Positions 1 through 10,518 of a DNA stretch of 30,963 bases are shown one piece after another. The notes under the pieces were generated by a model that saw only the letters and a list, made by a program, of their open reading frames with translations, was not told the DNA's origin and made no database searches. Numbering within the stretch: position 1 is the first letter of the stretch; each line of letters starts with the position of its first letter. This stretch comes from Campylobacteraceae bacterium (GTDB taxonomy: Bacteria > Campylobacterota > Campylobacteria > Campylobacterales > Sulfurovaceae), in contig JALVPA010000140.1 in assembly GCA_027026055.1 (NCBI GenBank), positions 1-30,963 of the forward strand, read 5' to 3'. A program made the position numbers and the translations under genes.

Positions 1-2
1 AT

Positions 3-1094
3 CATAGTCTCATACGATTGCAAAAACAGTACGACCGCTCTATCCGACTTATCGACGACAAGCTTCATATGATGATGCATATCGCTACTTTCGTAAACAC
101 CTACATACCACCTCTCGTACGGTTCGGTAACGGAAGAGAAGATTTTTTTTAACGTGTCAAACGCATAACGCTTTTTAAAGGGAGTGATATGCATCGCAAA
201 ATCTACCGTATGCCAATTGTTGATATACTCCACTTCCACCTTATGTTTCCCGCGTTTAAAAAGATACGGGATTTCGACACTATTGCCCCCTTCATACACC
301 AACAAACCGTCGATAATCAATCGTGCCTTCGCCCAACTCAACGAAAGTGCAACGTTCATTTTTTTGTCTTGGTCAAAAACAAAATTTCCGATCCAATAAG
401 CGCCGAAATGCTTTGCATCGATGTTGTGAAACTCTTTCCACGGATAGTTCACGCCGACAGTCTCCACGATCTCCGATGCCACAACTTTTTTAGGATGTTG
501 CATATCGAGATAAAACGCTCTGAACTTATTGACGGGAGCCGTACCGCTCGGATTCAGATAATCTCCCCATGTGCGTTGTACTTTTTCTAGTCCCCCGCTT
601 TCGACATAGTCTCGTACCTCTTTCGATATTTTCAGCCCCTGTCGTTTCGTCAGTGCGATATAGCGCCGATACAAACTCAACGCCTTGTCTCTATATTCGA
701 ATTTTCTATAGTCCGAACGAGAAAACATCTTTTTGTAAATATTACCGAGGTAAAGGTACATCGGTGCATTCTCGGGATATTTCTCGATAAATCTTTCGAA
801 TTCGTTTCTCCGACCGATATAAGTTGTCGTTTCCGAAAGATATTTGGCATATCGATTGATCAACCCAATATATGTTTTGTCATCCATACATTCAGGTTTA
901 CGATAAAGAATGGAAGAAAAACGACTGTGTTTCAACAAGACAAGTGCATTTTCGGGATCGTTGAACTTTTTGTAGAGTAGTTTCGCTTCAAGGGCAATTT
1001 TTTCGACCTTTTTACAAATACTTTGCTCCTCATTCCCATAAGCGCTATAGTGTAATATACCGACAAATATCGACAATATCAACCAACGATGCAT
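3..1094 (-). CDS. Secreted hypothetical protein (signal peptide + TPR-like helical region + PA14-like beta domain); partial, runs off the left edge
   Basis: Manual translation gives a stop-free frame of 364 codons from ATG at 1094 (MHRWLILSIFVGILHYSAYGNEE...) to the window edge. It has a hydrophobic N-terminus, a TPR-like segment FIEKYPENAPMYLYLGNIY...KALSLYRRYIAL, and PA14-like motifs FRAFY, FGAYWIG, RLIIDG, GKHKVEVEYINNW. A purine-rich SD lies upstream. The ORF track misses it because there is no stop in the window. Domain names are by resemblance only. Confidence 0.8.
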   Translation of the reverse strand, partial: MHRWLILSIFVGILHYSAYGNEEQSICKKVEKIALEAKLLYKKFNDPENALVLLKHSRFSSILYRKPECMDDKTYIGLINRYAKYLSETTTYIGRRNEFERFIEKYPENAPMYLYLGNIYKKMFSRSDYRKFEYRDKALSLYRRYIALTKRQGLKISKEVRDYVESGGLEKVQRTWGDYLNPSGTAPVNKFRAFYLDMQHPKKVVASEIVETVGVNYPWKEFHNIDAKHFGAYWIGNFVFDQDKKMNVALSLSWAKARLIIDGLLVYEGGNSVEIPYLFKRGKHKVEVEYINNWHTVDFAMHITPFKKRYAFDTLKKIFSSVTEPYERWYVGVYESSDMHHHMKLVVDKSDRAVVLFLQSYETM

Positions 1095-1102
1095 CTTTTC
1101 TT

Positions 1103-1110
1103 CCCCCCCC
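1103..1110 (-). repeat. G8 homopolymer tract in the SD region of the left-edge gene
   Basis: Plus strand C8 at 1103-1110; minus strand reads GGAAGGGGGGGGAAGAAAAG-ATG. Confidence 0.9.
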
Positions 1111-1175
1111 TTCCTTTTCAATCGTTTTAAAGTACATCGTATTTTATCGTTTTTTCAAAAGAAAAGAGAACGACA

Positions 1176-1184
1176 TGCTATAAT
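1176..1184 (+). promoter_or_regulatory. Extended -10 sigma70 promoter (TGcTATAAT) for the MEMO1-family gene
   Basis: Perfect TG-n-TATAAT 30 nt upstream of ATG 1215, followed by SD AAGGAAAG. Confidence 0.7.
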
Positions 1185-1214
1185 GTAAAATAGACATCCA
1201 AAAAAAGGAAAGAG

Positions 1215-2054
1215 ATGCTTTCCGTTAGAAAAAGTGCCGTCAACGGTATTTTTTATCCCGCTTCGTGCCGCGAACTCGAGCGTACTATCGACAATTTCAA
1301 CAAACGTCTGGAGTCGCTTTCGTTCGACAAAACGCTACTGCGTCTCAAGCCCGACGCCCTCATCGTTCCGCATGCCGGCTATATCTACAGCGGTTTTACC
1401 GCCAATTTCGCCTATCGTTTCGCCCGTTTCCGCCGACCGAAACGTGTCATTGTGATCGGACCTTCGCATCATTACTACTTCAGAGGTATCTCCGCTGCTT
1501 ACTACGAAGCGATCGAAACCCCGTGCGGCACTATCCCGATCGACACTCCTTATCTTTTTGCTTTGGCGCAACGATTTCCAATAGGATTCATTCCCAAAGC
1601 CCATGCCAAAGAGCACTCCACCGAAGTGCAAATGCCTTTTGTCAAACACTATTTTCCAAACGCCGAAATTATAGAAATCGTCTACGGGGATACGGATGTC
1701 GCTTTACTTGCCCAAATCGTCGAAGCATTACTTACAAACGAAGAAAATCTCACGATAATCAGCTCGGATTTAAGTCACTATTATCCGATAGAGAAAGCCG
1801 AACTACTCGATAGTTTTTGTCTCAAAGCCGTAAGAGATCTCGACGTGAAACTGTTAAAAAGATGTGAAGCGTGCGGGAAAATGGGAATTGCGGCGATGGT
1901 AAGAGCGGCACGTAAAACGAAGCGGCGTTCCTTATTGCTCGATTATCGTACCAGTGCCGAAGCGAGCGGCGATACCGCTTCGGTCGTAGGATACATGTCC
2001 GCACTCTTTTATCGTTCTCACTCTTTAGCGATAAATTCCGCTTCGAAAATATAA
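1215..2054 (+). CDS. amrB: AmmeMemoRadiSam system protein B (MEMO1 family, dioxygenase-like fold)
   Basis: Motifs RKSAVNGIFYP, PHAGYIYSG, GPSHH, EHSTEVQMPF, SSDLSHY, EACG, VVGY. Confidence 0.9.
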   Translation: MLSVRKSAVNGIFYPASCRELERTIDNFNKRLESLSFDKTLLRLKPDALIVPHAGYIYSGFTANFAYRFARFRRPKRVIVIGPSHHYYFRGISAAYYEAIETPCGTIPIDTPYLFALAQRFPIGFIPKAHAKEHSTEVQMPFVKHYFPNAEIIEIVYGDTDVALLAQIVEALLTNEENLTIISSDLSHYYPIEKAELLDSFCLKAVRDLDVKLLKRCEACGKMGIAAMVRAARKTKRRSLLLDYRTSAEASGDTASVVGYMSALFYRSHSLAINSASKI

Positions 2055-2836
2055 GTGCGACCGCCTTTATGAGGACCGAATCCGAACCGCTGCAACTGCT
2101 TTAGGTAATCGCTCAAGGCTTTGTTGAAGGCGGGGTTCGCCGAACGTCTCACCAACGTAAAATCGAAAAATCCGTCGGGGCGAATCTTTAAAAGCACTTT
2201 CACTTTTTCACCCGCAAAATCGCTTTGTGCGGGCCACTGTTCCAAAAGGCGTTGTATTTTTGCCAAGTATGCGTTTTCCACACCTTTCGTTCGGTGTGTT
2301 TTCTCTTTGCCTTTTGAGATACGTTTTTTGTTTGGTGCATCGACCTTCTCAAAAAGCCGCTTGCTCGAAACGGTATGTTGTTTACGAGAGGATTTTTTCG
2401 CGGAGTCGGTCGTTTTTATCGCGGAAAAGAGCGCTTTGGGTTTTTCTTTGCGTTTCGGTTTACGCATCTTTTTTCGCTCTTTTTTTGTATCTTTTGCAAC
2501 AGCCGTTTTTTTTCGAGCTTTGTTCGAAGTTTTTTTTACTTTTTTCGAAGTTTTGGAAACGACTTTACGCTTTTTTTCTATCTTCCGTTTCTCTTTTTTC
2601 GTTATACGATTTTTCCTTTTTTTCGGTTTCTTTACGGGAGACATTTTTTTGGACGATGAAGTGTCCGAGGTAGCCAAGTCGATGCGTATATGCGGAGTGT
2701 TTTTTTCTACGTAATTGACACGCTTCGTACGACTTTTCGTATTGAAGTAATAGATAAGCGTCAAAACGACACATAGGTAGATACCGATCGCGGCGGTGCC
2801 GCTAAGAAGTTTCCGAACATAACCTCTGTCACTCAT
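2018..2836 (-). CDS. TolA/TonB-family energy transducer (N-terminal TM anchor, Lys-rich linker, TonB C-terminal-like domain)
   Basis: N-terminal TM (AAIGIYLCVVLTLIYYF), long K-rich linker, C-terminal YLAKIQRLL..W...VLLKIRPDG.F.F..V..S.NP.FN..L; directly downstream of exbB/exbD homologs. Confidence 0.8.
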   Translation of the reverse strand: MSDRGYVRKLLSGTAAIGIYLCVVLTLIYYFNTKSRTKRVNYVEKNTPHIRIDLATSDTSSSKKMSPVKKPKKRKNRITKKEKRKIEKKRKVVSKTSKKVKKTSNKARKKTAVAKDTKKERKKMRKPKRKEKPKALFSAIKTTDSAKKSSRKQHTVSSKRLFEKVDAPNKKRISKGKEKTHRTKGVENAYLAKIQRLLEQWPAQSDFAGEKVKVLLKIRPDGFFDFTLVRRSANPAFNKALSDYLKQLQRFGFGPHKGGRTYIFEAEFIAKE

Positions 2837-3225
2837 AACGTTATCAACGACACCTTTGAAAAACCTGCCGCTTTGACACTTTTCAACAAATACATTACGT
2901 CTTTATACGGCAGCGATTCGTCGGCTCTGATATAGACGTCCGAAGCTTTATCGTAATCCGCCGCGACATTGACGAAGGCATCGGCAAAAGTGGCGATGTC
3001 AAACGTATCTTTTTTAACATAGATTTTTTTATTCTTGTCCATGCGTATGGTCAACGACTTGAGGCGCGTCGTTTCGGCACTCTTGGAACCTTCTGGAAGC
3101 GTGATTTTTTCTTGATAGGTGATAGTGGGAGCGGTGATCATCAATATCGCCATCAACACCAACATCACATCCACCAAGGGCGTGATATTCAAGTCCGGAT
3201 TGTCGTCCCATCCAAAACGCATCAT
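2833..3225 (-). CDS. exbD: ExbD/TolR biopolymer transport protein
   Basis: PDLNITPLVDVMLVLMAILMIT signature; IRAD motif. Confidence 0.92.
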   Translation of the reverse strand: MMRFGWDDNPDLNITPLVDVMLVLMAILMITAPTITYQEKITLPEGSKSAETTRLKSLTIRMDKNKKIYVKKDTFDIATFADAFVNVAADYDKASDVYIRADESLPYKDVMYLLKSVKAAGFSKVSLITL

Positions 3226-3794
3226 TTTTCCGTCAGCGAAAGTATCACTTCGGCTTGTGAGGTCAGCAACGAAGAGAGCTCGTATGCTTTGCGCTTCAGT
3301 ACCAAATGAAACGCATAGGCGAATATTGCCACGAAAATACCCGCCGCCGTAGCCACCAGCGCTTCCGAAATGGCGGGAGCGACCACGTTAAGCGATGCCG
3401 AAGTTTCGCCGCTTAATGTAGCGAAGGTCTCCAATATCCCGACCACCGTACCGAACAAACCCACGAAAGGGGCTGTCGACGCGAAAATCGACAACCATGT
3501 CAAGCCTTTTGTAGAAACGCGCACAGCATCGGAAATGGCCGCATCAAAAATCGATTTTGTCGGCCTTTTCGCTTTTGTGAGATAACTGTAAAGCAACGAA
3601 AATTGCGACGGTTTGTCGTTTTTAAAAGTATAAAGCGAATGTAACGATTCGCTTTCGACGCCGATTCGTCGTTTCAATAAGAAAAAACGTTCGAAAAATA
3701 TCCATAAAGAGGCGATAAAATAGAAAGAAAGCACAAAGAGTACGAACCACGTGATCGCACTGCTTTGTGAGAAATAATTCAGAAGAGTGTTCAA
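3222..3794 (-). CDS. exbB: MotA/TolQ/ExbB proton channel protein (TTG start)
   Basis: IFASTAPFVGLFGTVVGI and APAISEALVATAAGIFVAIFA signatures. Confidence 0.92.
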   Translation of the reverse strand: MNTLLNYFSQSSAITWFVLFVLSFYFIASLWIFFERFFLLKRRIGVESESLHSLYTFKNDKPSQFSLLYSYLTKAKRPTKSIFDAAISDAVRVSTKGLTWLSIFASTAPFVGLFGTVVGILETFATLSGETSASLNVVAPAISEALVATAAGIFVAIFAYAFHLVLKRKAYELSSLLTSQAEVILSLTEK

Positions 3795-3796
3795 GG

Positions 3797-4183
3797 TTAA
3801 CGTGTTTTCCCTATCTGCTCGACTTTGCTAACGGCCGCAGCTATAGCTGTATTGGAAGCTTCCGCTTTCTTCAAAAGCTCTTTCGCTTCGGATATCGCTT
3901 CGGCCAACTCGCTTCCGGTTCCGGTCAACGCAACCGCACCGTCTACGATACAAGTCGTTTTTTCCTCATCGACTTTTACATAGCCGGAATTGATAGCGAC
4001 CGATTCTTCTTTACCGCTTTTGTCGATAAGCGTGATCACTCCGGCTTCCAACAAAGAAACCAAAGCGGCATGACGAGGCAAAACACCGAATTCACCTTCG
4101 CTTCCGGGCAAGGTCACTTGTCTTACGTCGTCATCATAAATCACACCGTTAGGCGTGATGATTTCCAGCTTTAAAAGTTCCAT
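3797..4183 (-). CDS. atpC: ATP synthase F1 epsilon subunit
   Basis: LEIITPNG...VTLPGSEGEFGVLPRHA; start set to the second ATG (4183) on AAAGG SD spacing. Confidence 0.95.
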   Translation of the reverse strand: MELLKLEIITPNGVIYDDDVRQVTLPGSEGEFGVLPRHAALVSLLEAGVITLIDKSGKEESVAINSGYVKVDEEKTTCIVDGAVALTGTGSELAEAISEAKELLKKAEASNTAIAAAVSKVEQIGKTR

Positions 4184-4204
4184 GGTCATCCTTTGGAGAA
4201 TGCC

Positions 4205-5620
<1,416 letters not shown>

Positions 5621-6508
5621 TTATTTCATTGATTCCATACCACTGATGATCTCGATGAGCTCAGTCGTAATCGCTTCTTGTCTCGCTTTGTTGTAAGCCA
5701 CCGTCAACGTTTTTACCATCTCTTTGGCGTTTTTCGTCGCCGCATCCATAGCCTGCATTCTCGCGGAATGTTCCGCCGCAAGCGAATCGATAAGCGAATA
5801 GTACATCGTATATTCGATATAACGTTTCACCAAAGCTTCCAACAAGGTATCGTCGTCATCGGGCTCTACTTCCAACTCTGAAGTGGACACCGCACTCAGT
5901 TCGAGTTTGGAAGGATCGACGGGAAGTACCTGATCCTCTCTGATCTCTTGAGATATCATGTTGACATACCCGTTGTGTACCAAAATCACTTTGTCCGTGT
6001 CGCCGTTAACATACGATTGTGCCACTTCATTGATAAACTCGGCCGCTTTCGCATAATCGGGCGCCGAAGACAAACCGACGATTTCGTCATTCAACTCCAC
6101 GTTGTTGAATTTGAAATAATCGATACCTTTTCTACCAATCGCGCGCAATCTTATTTTCGTACCGTCCGCTTTATAACTCTCGATCAGTTGCGAAACACGT
6201 TTAATCGTTTGCGCGTTGAAACCGCCGCAAAGTCCCTTGTCTGCCGTGATAAAAACAATATCTACAACGTTGGGTCTACTCACCTCTTTGAAGTAAACGT
6301 TGTCCAAACTTTCTTTTCCTGCCTTTTGCAACTTATGTGCAATCTCATTCAGCAGTTCGGTCAATTTACCGGCATAAACGCGTGATCGCTTTGCCAGTTC
6401 TTCCGTACGTTTGAGTTTGGCAGAAGAGACAAGCTTCATCGCATTGGTGGTTTTCGCAGTATTCTTGACACTGCCTATTTTCCGCTTAATCTCTTTCAAA
6501 TTTGCCAT
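5621..6508 (-). CDS. atpG: ATP synthase F1 gamma subunit
   Basis: MANLKEIKRKI, ADKGLCGGFN, YNKARQEAITTELIEI. Confidence 0.98.
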   Translation of the reverse strand: MANLKEIKRKIGSVKNTAKTTNAMKLVSSAKLKRTEELAKRSRVYAGKLTELLNEIAHKLQKAGKESLDNVYFKEVSRPNVVDIVFITADKGLCGGFNAQTIKRVSQLIESYKADGTKIRLRAIGRKGIDYFKFNNVELNDEIVGLSSAPDYAKAAEFINEVAQSYVNGDTDKVILVHNGYVNMISQEIREDQVLPVDPSKLELSAVSTSELEVEPDDDDTLLEALVKRYIEYTMYYSLIDSLAAEHSARMQAMDAATKNAKEMVKTLTVAYNKARQEAITTELIEIISGMESMK

Positions 6509-6520
6509 ATTCAGCCCTTT

Positions 6521-8035
6521 TTATGCACTAAAAGAAGCTTTGAAATCTTCTATCGCTTTTCTCAGCTCAGCTTCCGTCTCATCGGAAATTTTCTTTTCGT
6601 TCCGGATCGCATCGAGTACATGCATATACTTCGCTTCCATAAACGGCATCAATTCGGCTTCGAATTTGTTTACCGCAGAAACGGGAATATCGTCGAGATA
6701 ACCCTTCGCGCCCGCAAAGATAATGACAACTTGTTTCTCGATGGGGATCGGAGAATACGGCGGCTGCTTCAAAATTTCAACCATACGTTGACCCCGCTCC
6801 AGTTGCGCTCTCGTGTGCTCGTCGAGATCCGAGGCGAATTGCGCGAATGCCTGAAGTTCGCGGAACGAAGCCAAATCGAGTCTCAATGTACCCGAAACTT
6901 GCTTCGTCGCTTTGATTTGAGCGGCACCGCCGACACGAGAAACCGAAAGCCCCACGTTGATGGCGGGGCGAATACCGGAGTTGAACAGATCCGTTTCGAG
7001 GAAAATTTGTCCGTCGGTAATGGAAATGACGTTCGTAGGAATGTATGCCGCCACATCTCCCGCCTGCGTTTCGATGATGGGGAATGCGGTAATGGAACCC
7101 GCACCAAGTTCGTCGTTGAGTTTCGCAGCACGCTCGAGAAGTCTGGAGTGTAGGTAGAAAACGTCACCGGGATAAGCTTCGCGACCCGGAGGACGTCTGA
7201 GAATCAAAGACATCTCTCTGTAAGCGACCGCGTGCTTGGAAAGATCGTCGTAGAAGATAACCGCGTGACGACCGTTGTCTCTGAAATATTCCGCCATTGT
7301 AACACCCGCGTAAGGTGCCAAGAATTGCAACGCTGCGGAGTCGGCGGCTCCCGCATTAACCACAATCGTGTAGTCCATCGCACCGTGCTCTTCGAGCTTT
7401 TTAACGGTAGCGGCGACAGTCGATTGCTTTTGACCGATTGCGACATAGATACATACGACGTCTTGACCTTTTTGATTGATGATCGTATCGATGGCAATCG
7501 TCGTTTTACCCGTTTGGCGGTCACCGATGATTAGTTCGCGTTGTCCTCTACCTACCGGTACAAGCGCGTCGATCGCTTTGATACCCGTTTGCAAAGGCTC
7601 ATGAACGGACTTGCGCGCCATGATGCCCGGCGCTTTCTCTTCAACAAAACGATATTCGGCCGCTTCTACGGGACCTTTGCCGTCGAGCGGTTCGCCGAGG
7701 GGATTGACAACGCGCCCCATCAATCCGTCACCGACAGGCGTTTTCAAGAGTTCACCAAGGCGTTTGACGCTCATACCCTCTTTGATACCCGTAGATGCGC
7801 CGAGTACTACAACACCGACATTTGCTTCTTCGAGGTTAAGTACGAGACCTTTCGCACCGTTTTCGAATTCAACGACCTCACCGGCCATAACGTTGTTTAG
7901 TCCGTAAACCGTCGCAATACCGTCGGCAATACCTACAACCTTACCCACTTCGTTAATATCGACATCGATTTCGAAGTTTTCTATTCTCTCTTTGATGATG
8001 GAACTGATCTCGTCCGCTTGCAATTTCACTGCCAC
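6521..8035 (-). CDS. atpA: ATP synthase F1 alpha subunit (GTG start)
   Basis: [30 protein letters not shown]. Confidence 0.99.
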   Translation of the reverse strand: MAVKLQADEISSIIKERIENFEIDVDINEVGKVVGIADGIATVYGLNNVMAGEVVEFENGAKGLVLNLEEANVGVVVLGASTGIKEGMSVKRLGELLKTPVGDGLMGRVVNPLGEPLDGKGPVEAAEYRFVEEKAPGIMARKSVHEPLQTGIKAIDALVPVGRGQRELIIGDRQTGKTTIAIDTIINQKGQDVVCIYVAIGQKQSTVAATVKKLEEHGAMDYTIVVNAGAADSAALQFLAPYAGVTMAEYFRDNGRHAVIFYDDLSKHAVAYREMSLILRRPPGREAYPGDVFYLHSRLLERAAKLNDELGAGSITAFPIIETQAGDVAAYIPTNVISITDGQIFLETDLFNSGIRPAINVGLSVSRVGGAAQIKATKQVSGTLRLDLASFRELQAFAQFASDLDEHTRAQLERGQRMVEILKQPPYSPIPIEKQVVIIFAGAKGYLDDIPVSAVNKFEAELMPFMEAKYMHVLDAIRNEKKISDETEAELRKAIEDFKASFSA

Positions 8036-8064
8036 TGCTACTCCTTTTCTTGATTAGATGACTT

Positions 8065-8592
8065 TTAAAACGCTCTTTTGATATGTTCGATGAGCTGTTG
8101 TTTAACCCTCTCTTTAGAGAAGTTCACCTCGATACCCAAGTCTTCGACACTTACTTTGATCCCGTCTACGCGCGCCTCTTTCCGCTTCAACGTGATTTCG
8201 GCACCGCTGTATTTTTTGAGCGCTTTTTCAAGTTTTTGAAGCTCTTTCTTATCCAAAGGCTCCGCACTCAACACTTCGCCTTCGAATTTATTCGAAGCTT
8301 TTTGCAATTCGGCATTCAGCACTCTTGCGATAACGGGTATCAACGCCAATCGTTTCTTTTCACCCAAAACTCTGACGAAATTTACCAGCGTATCATCCGC
8401 TTCCTTGCCCAAAGCCGCCAAGACCATTTCCGTTTTTTGACTCTCTTTTACGACGGGAGAGCGTAATACCGTATCGATACTCTCCGTTCCTATCGCTTCG
8501 CCGAGTACCGTCAACACCTTCGCCGTCTTTTCAATCTCTTTCGAGGCGGCGCTCAACGCTTTTGCATATCGTTTCGCAATCAACTCTTCCAT
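8065..8592 (-). CDS. atpH: ATP synthase F1 delta subunit
   Basis: IAKRYAKAL start, position between atpF and atpA, C-terminal GIKVSV. Confidence 0.93.
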   Translation of the reverse strand: MEELIAKRYAKALSAASKEIEKTAKVLTVLGEAIGTESIDTVLRSPVVKESQKTEMVLAALGKEADDTLVNFVRVLGEKKRLALIPVIARVLNAELQKASNKFEGEVLSAEPLDKKELQKLEKALKKYSGAEITLKRKEARVDGIKVSVEDLGIEVNFSKERVKQQLIEHIKRAF

Positions 8593-8593
8593 C

Positions 8594-9139
8594 TTACGCT
8601 ACCTTTTTCGCCACGACATCAATTACTTTTTTACCGTCCATACCGATGTCGTCCGTCGTAATGTTTTCTTGCAATACGCTATCGACAATCTCTTGCATCG
8701 CTTTTCGCTCTTCAAGAGCGATTTTTTCTTCGTATTGCTTTTGGAGTACGGATAGTTCGGTTTCGGCGCTTTGAGTGATTTTTTCCGCTAAAACCTTCGC
8801 TTCTTTGCGTGCATCCTCAATGATTTGAGCCGCTTTCGCTTCGCTCTCTTCGAGTTTAGTTTGCGCCTCTTTTTGCTCCTCTTTCGCCGCTTCGAGTTTT
8901 GTCTCTATCTCTTTAAGACGCGAAGCGATTCCTTCGCTTCTGCCTTTGAGAAAGTTGCGGATCGGATTGGCCAGCAGATACCACAAGATAGCGGCGAATA
9001 TCGTAAAGTTCACTACCCTCGGCAAAAAATCGTATTCGCGACCCGTTTGAGCCAGGTAGCGACTCTCCTCGCTATGACCCGACGCCAACAATACTACGGG
9101 TAGTACCGTTGTCGCGGCAATAAAAACAAATTTTTTCAT
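8594..9139 (-). CDS. atpF: ATP synthase F0 subunit b
   Basis: Real start MKKFVFIAA at 9139 (GGAGG SD), not the track start at 9364; NFTIFAAILWYLL TM followed by a coiled coil. Confidence 0.9.
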   Translation of the reverse strand: MKKFVFIAATTVLPVVLLASGHSEESRYLAQTGREYDFLPRVVNFTIFAAILWYLLANPIRNFLKGRSEGIASRLKEIETKLEAAKEEQKEAQTKLEESEAKAAQIIEDARKEAKVLAEKITQSAETELSVLQKQYEEKIALEERKAMQEIVDSVLQENITTDDIGMDGKKVIDVVAKKVA

Positions 9140-9155
9140 AATCGGTCTACCCTCC

Positions 9156-9578
9156 TCACAATGTACTGAACTTGGCTTTGAGACTCTCTTTATAAAGAGG
9201 CATCTGCGAAAGCAGTTCGTTTTTAAGTTGCGCTTTTTTCGCTTCCAGTTCTTCGGAAAAAACGGCATAGCGCTTTTCGAGCTCTTTGCGTTTCGCTTCG
9301 AGCTTCTCTTCGGCAATCGCTTTTTGTTCTTCCACGGCTTTTTGTCTAATGGCTGCCGCTTCATTCCTTGCTTCGGCCAGTTTGGCTTCCGCCTCCGCTT
9401 TAAGCGACTCCGTGTCGCCCGTCAGTCCTTTTGCAGCTTCCAAGTCGCGTGCAATGGTACGATCGCGATCGTCCATAAATTTCAACAACGGCTGAAACAA
9501 CATGCGATTGAGAACGGCAAGAAGAACCAGGAACAACACGAGAACAAACAACATTAACGCAAGATGTATGTCAAGCAT
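9156..9578 (-). CDS. atpF': ATP synthase F0 subunit b'
   Basis: MLDIHLALMLFVLVLF...LNRMLFQPLLKFMDDR; ATG 9578 follows GAGGAG SD. Confidence 0.9.
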   Translation of the reverse strand: MLDIHLALMLFVLVLFLVLLAVLNRMLFQPLLKFMDDRDRTIARDLEAAKGLTGDTESLKAEAEAKLAEARNEAAAIRQKAVEEQKAIAEEKLEAKRKELEKRYAVFSEELEAKKAQLKNELLSQMPLYKESLKAKFSTL

Positions 9579-9605
9579 TCCCACTCCTCTTGTAATTTCG
9601 CATTT

Positions 9606-9614
9606 ATATTACCA
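9606..9614 (-). promoter_or_regulatory. Candidate extended -10 promoter (TGgTAATAT) for the atp genes
   Basis: Lies in the parB-atpF' gap about 28 nt upstream of the atpF' start. Confidence 0.4.
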
Positions 9615-9641
9615 TCTTATAGATGAGATAACGGTTAATTT

Positions 9642-10517
9642 TTAGCGATTTTCGAAGAATGAGAGAAACTCTTCCACCTCTTGCTTCGAAGCGAAACGTA
9701 TCTCGATTTTGTCCGCTTTGAGAGAGTGTCGAAAGGGCAAATATTTTTTCAATCGGTCCGCATAATCCGCCGTTATATTTTTGAGGCTTTCTTTTCGCGA
9801 ACGTTGCGATTGGGTAGCGCTTTTTTTATAACGTTGCGCCAACGCTTCGGCGTCACGTACGCTGAGTTTTTGGCCGACAATGGAATCCGCGACTATTTTT
9901 TGCGTCTTTTCGTCCAATCCTATCAGCACTTTCGCATGCCCTTGCGTCAATTTTCCTTCGGCCACTTTATCTTGAATATACGGAGTCAAAGAGAGCAAGC
10001 GAAGCGTGTTGGTAATCTGCGAACGGCTTTTGTGTACGATACGCGCCAATTCCTCGTGCGTGATATTGTGTACTTCTATCAATTCCGCATAGGCTTTCGC
10101 CAACTCTATCGCATTAAGATTTTCACGCTGAATATTTTCGATAAGCGCCAGCTCGCGCATACGAAAATCGTCTATCTCTACGGGTGCCACAATCGCTTTT
10201 ATCGTATCGAATCCCGCGAGTTTGTGCGCTTTGAGACGACGCTCGCCTGCGACCAAAAGATAACCGCCCTCTTTTTCGACGACGACGATAGGCTGAAGCA
10301 AACCGTGCGTTTTTATCGATCTGCTCAATTCTTCGAGTGCACGTTCGTCGAATTGTTTTCGAGGCTGAAAAGGATTGGGTGAGACGGCATCTACGGGAAT
10401 CTCTTCTATCTGCGCGCCCGCCTTTTCCGGTTCCAGACTTTCGATATCGGAAAGATCCTTTTCGTACGCTTTTTCGACTTCGCTTAAAATCTCGCCGAGT
10501 CCCCTACCTAACGCCAT
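9642..10517 (-). CDS. parB: Chromosome partitioning protein ParB
   Basis: PNPFQPRK, GLLQPIVV, LVAGERR, ALIENIQRENLN, HTH region. Confidence 0.97.
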   Translation of the reverse strand: MALGRGLGEILSEVEKAYEKDLSDIESLEPEKAGAQIEEIPVDAVSPNPFQPRKQFDERALEELSRSIKTHGLLQPIVVVEKEGGYLLVAGERRLKAHKLAGFDTIKAIVAPVEIDDFRMRELALIENIQRENLNAIELAKAYAELIEVHNITHEELARIVHKSRSQITNTLRLLSLTPYIQDKVAEGKLTQGHAKVLIGLDEKTQKIVADSIVGQKLSVRDAEALAQRYKKSATQSQRSRKESLKNITADYADRLKKYLPFRHSLKADKIEIRFASKQEVEEFLSFFENR

Positions 10518-10518
10518 C

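Noticed and set aside
189-790. Plus-strand ORFs 184-399, 189-590 and 569-790 in the track
   Set aside because: They lie antisense to the real 364-codon minus-strand gene.
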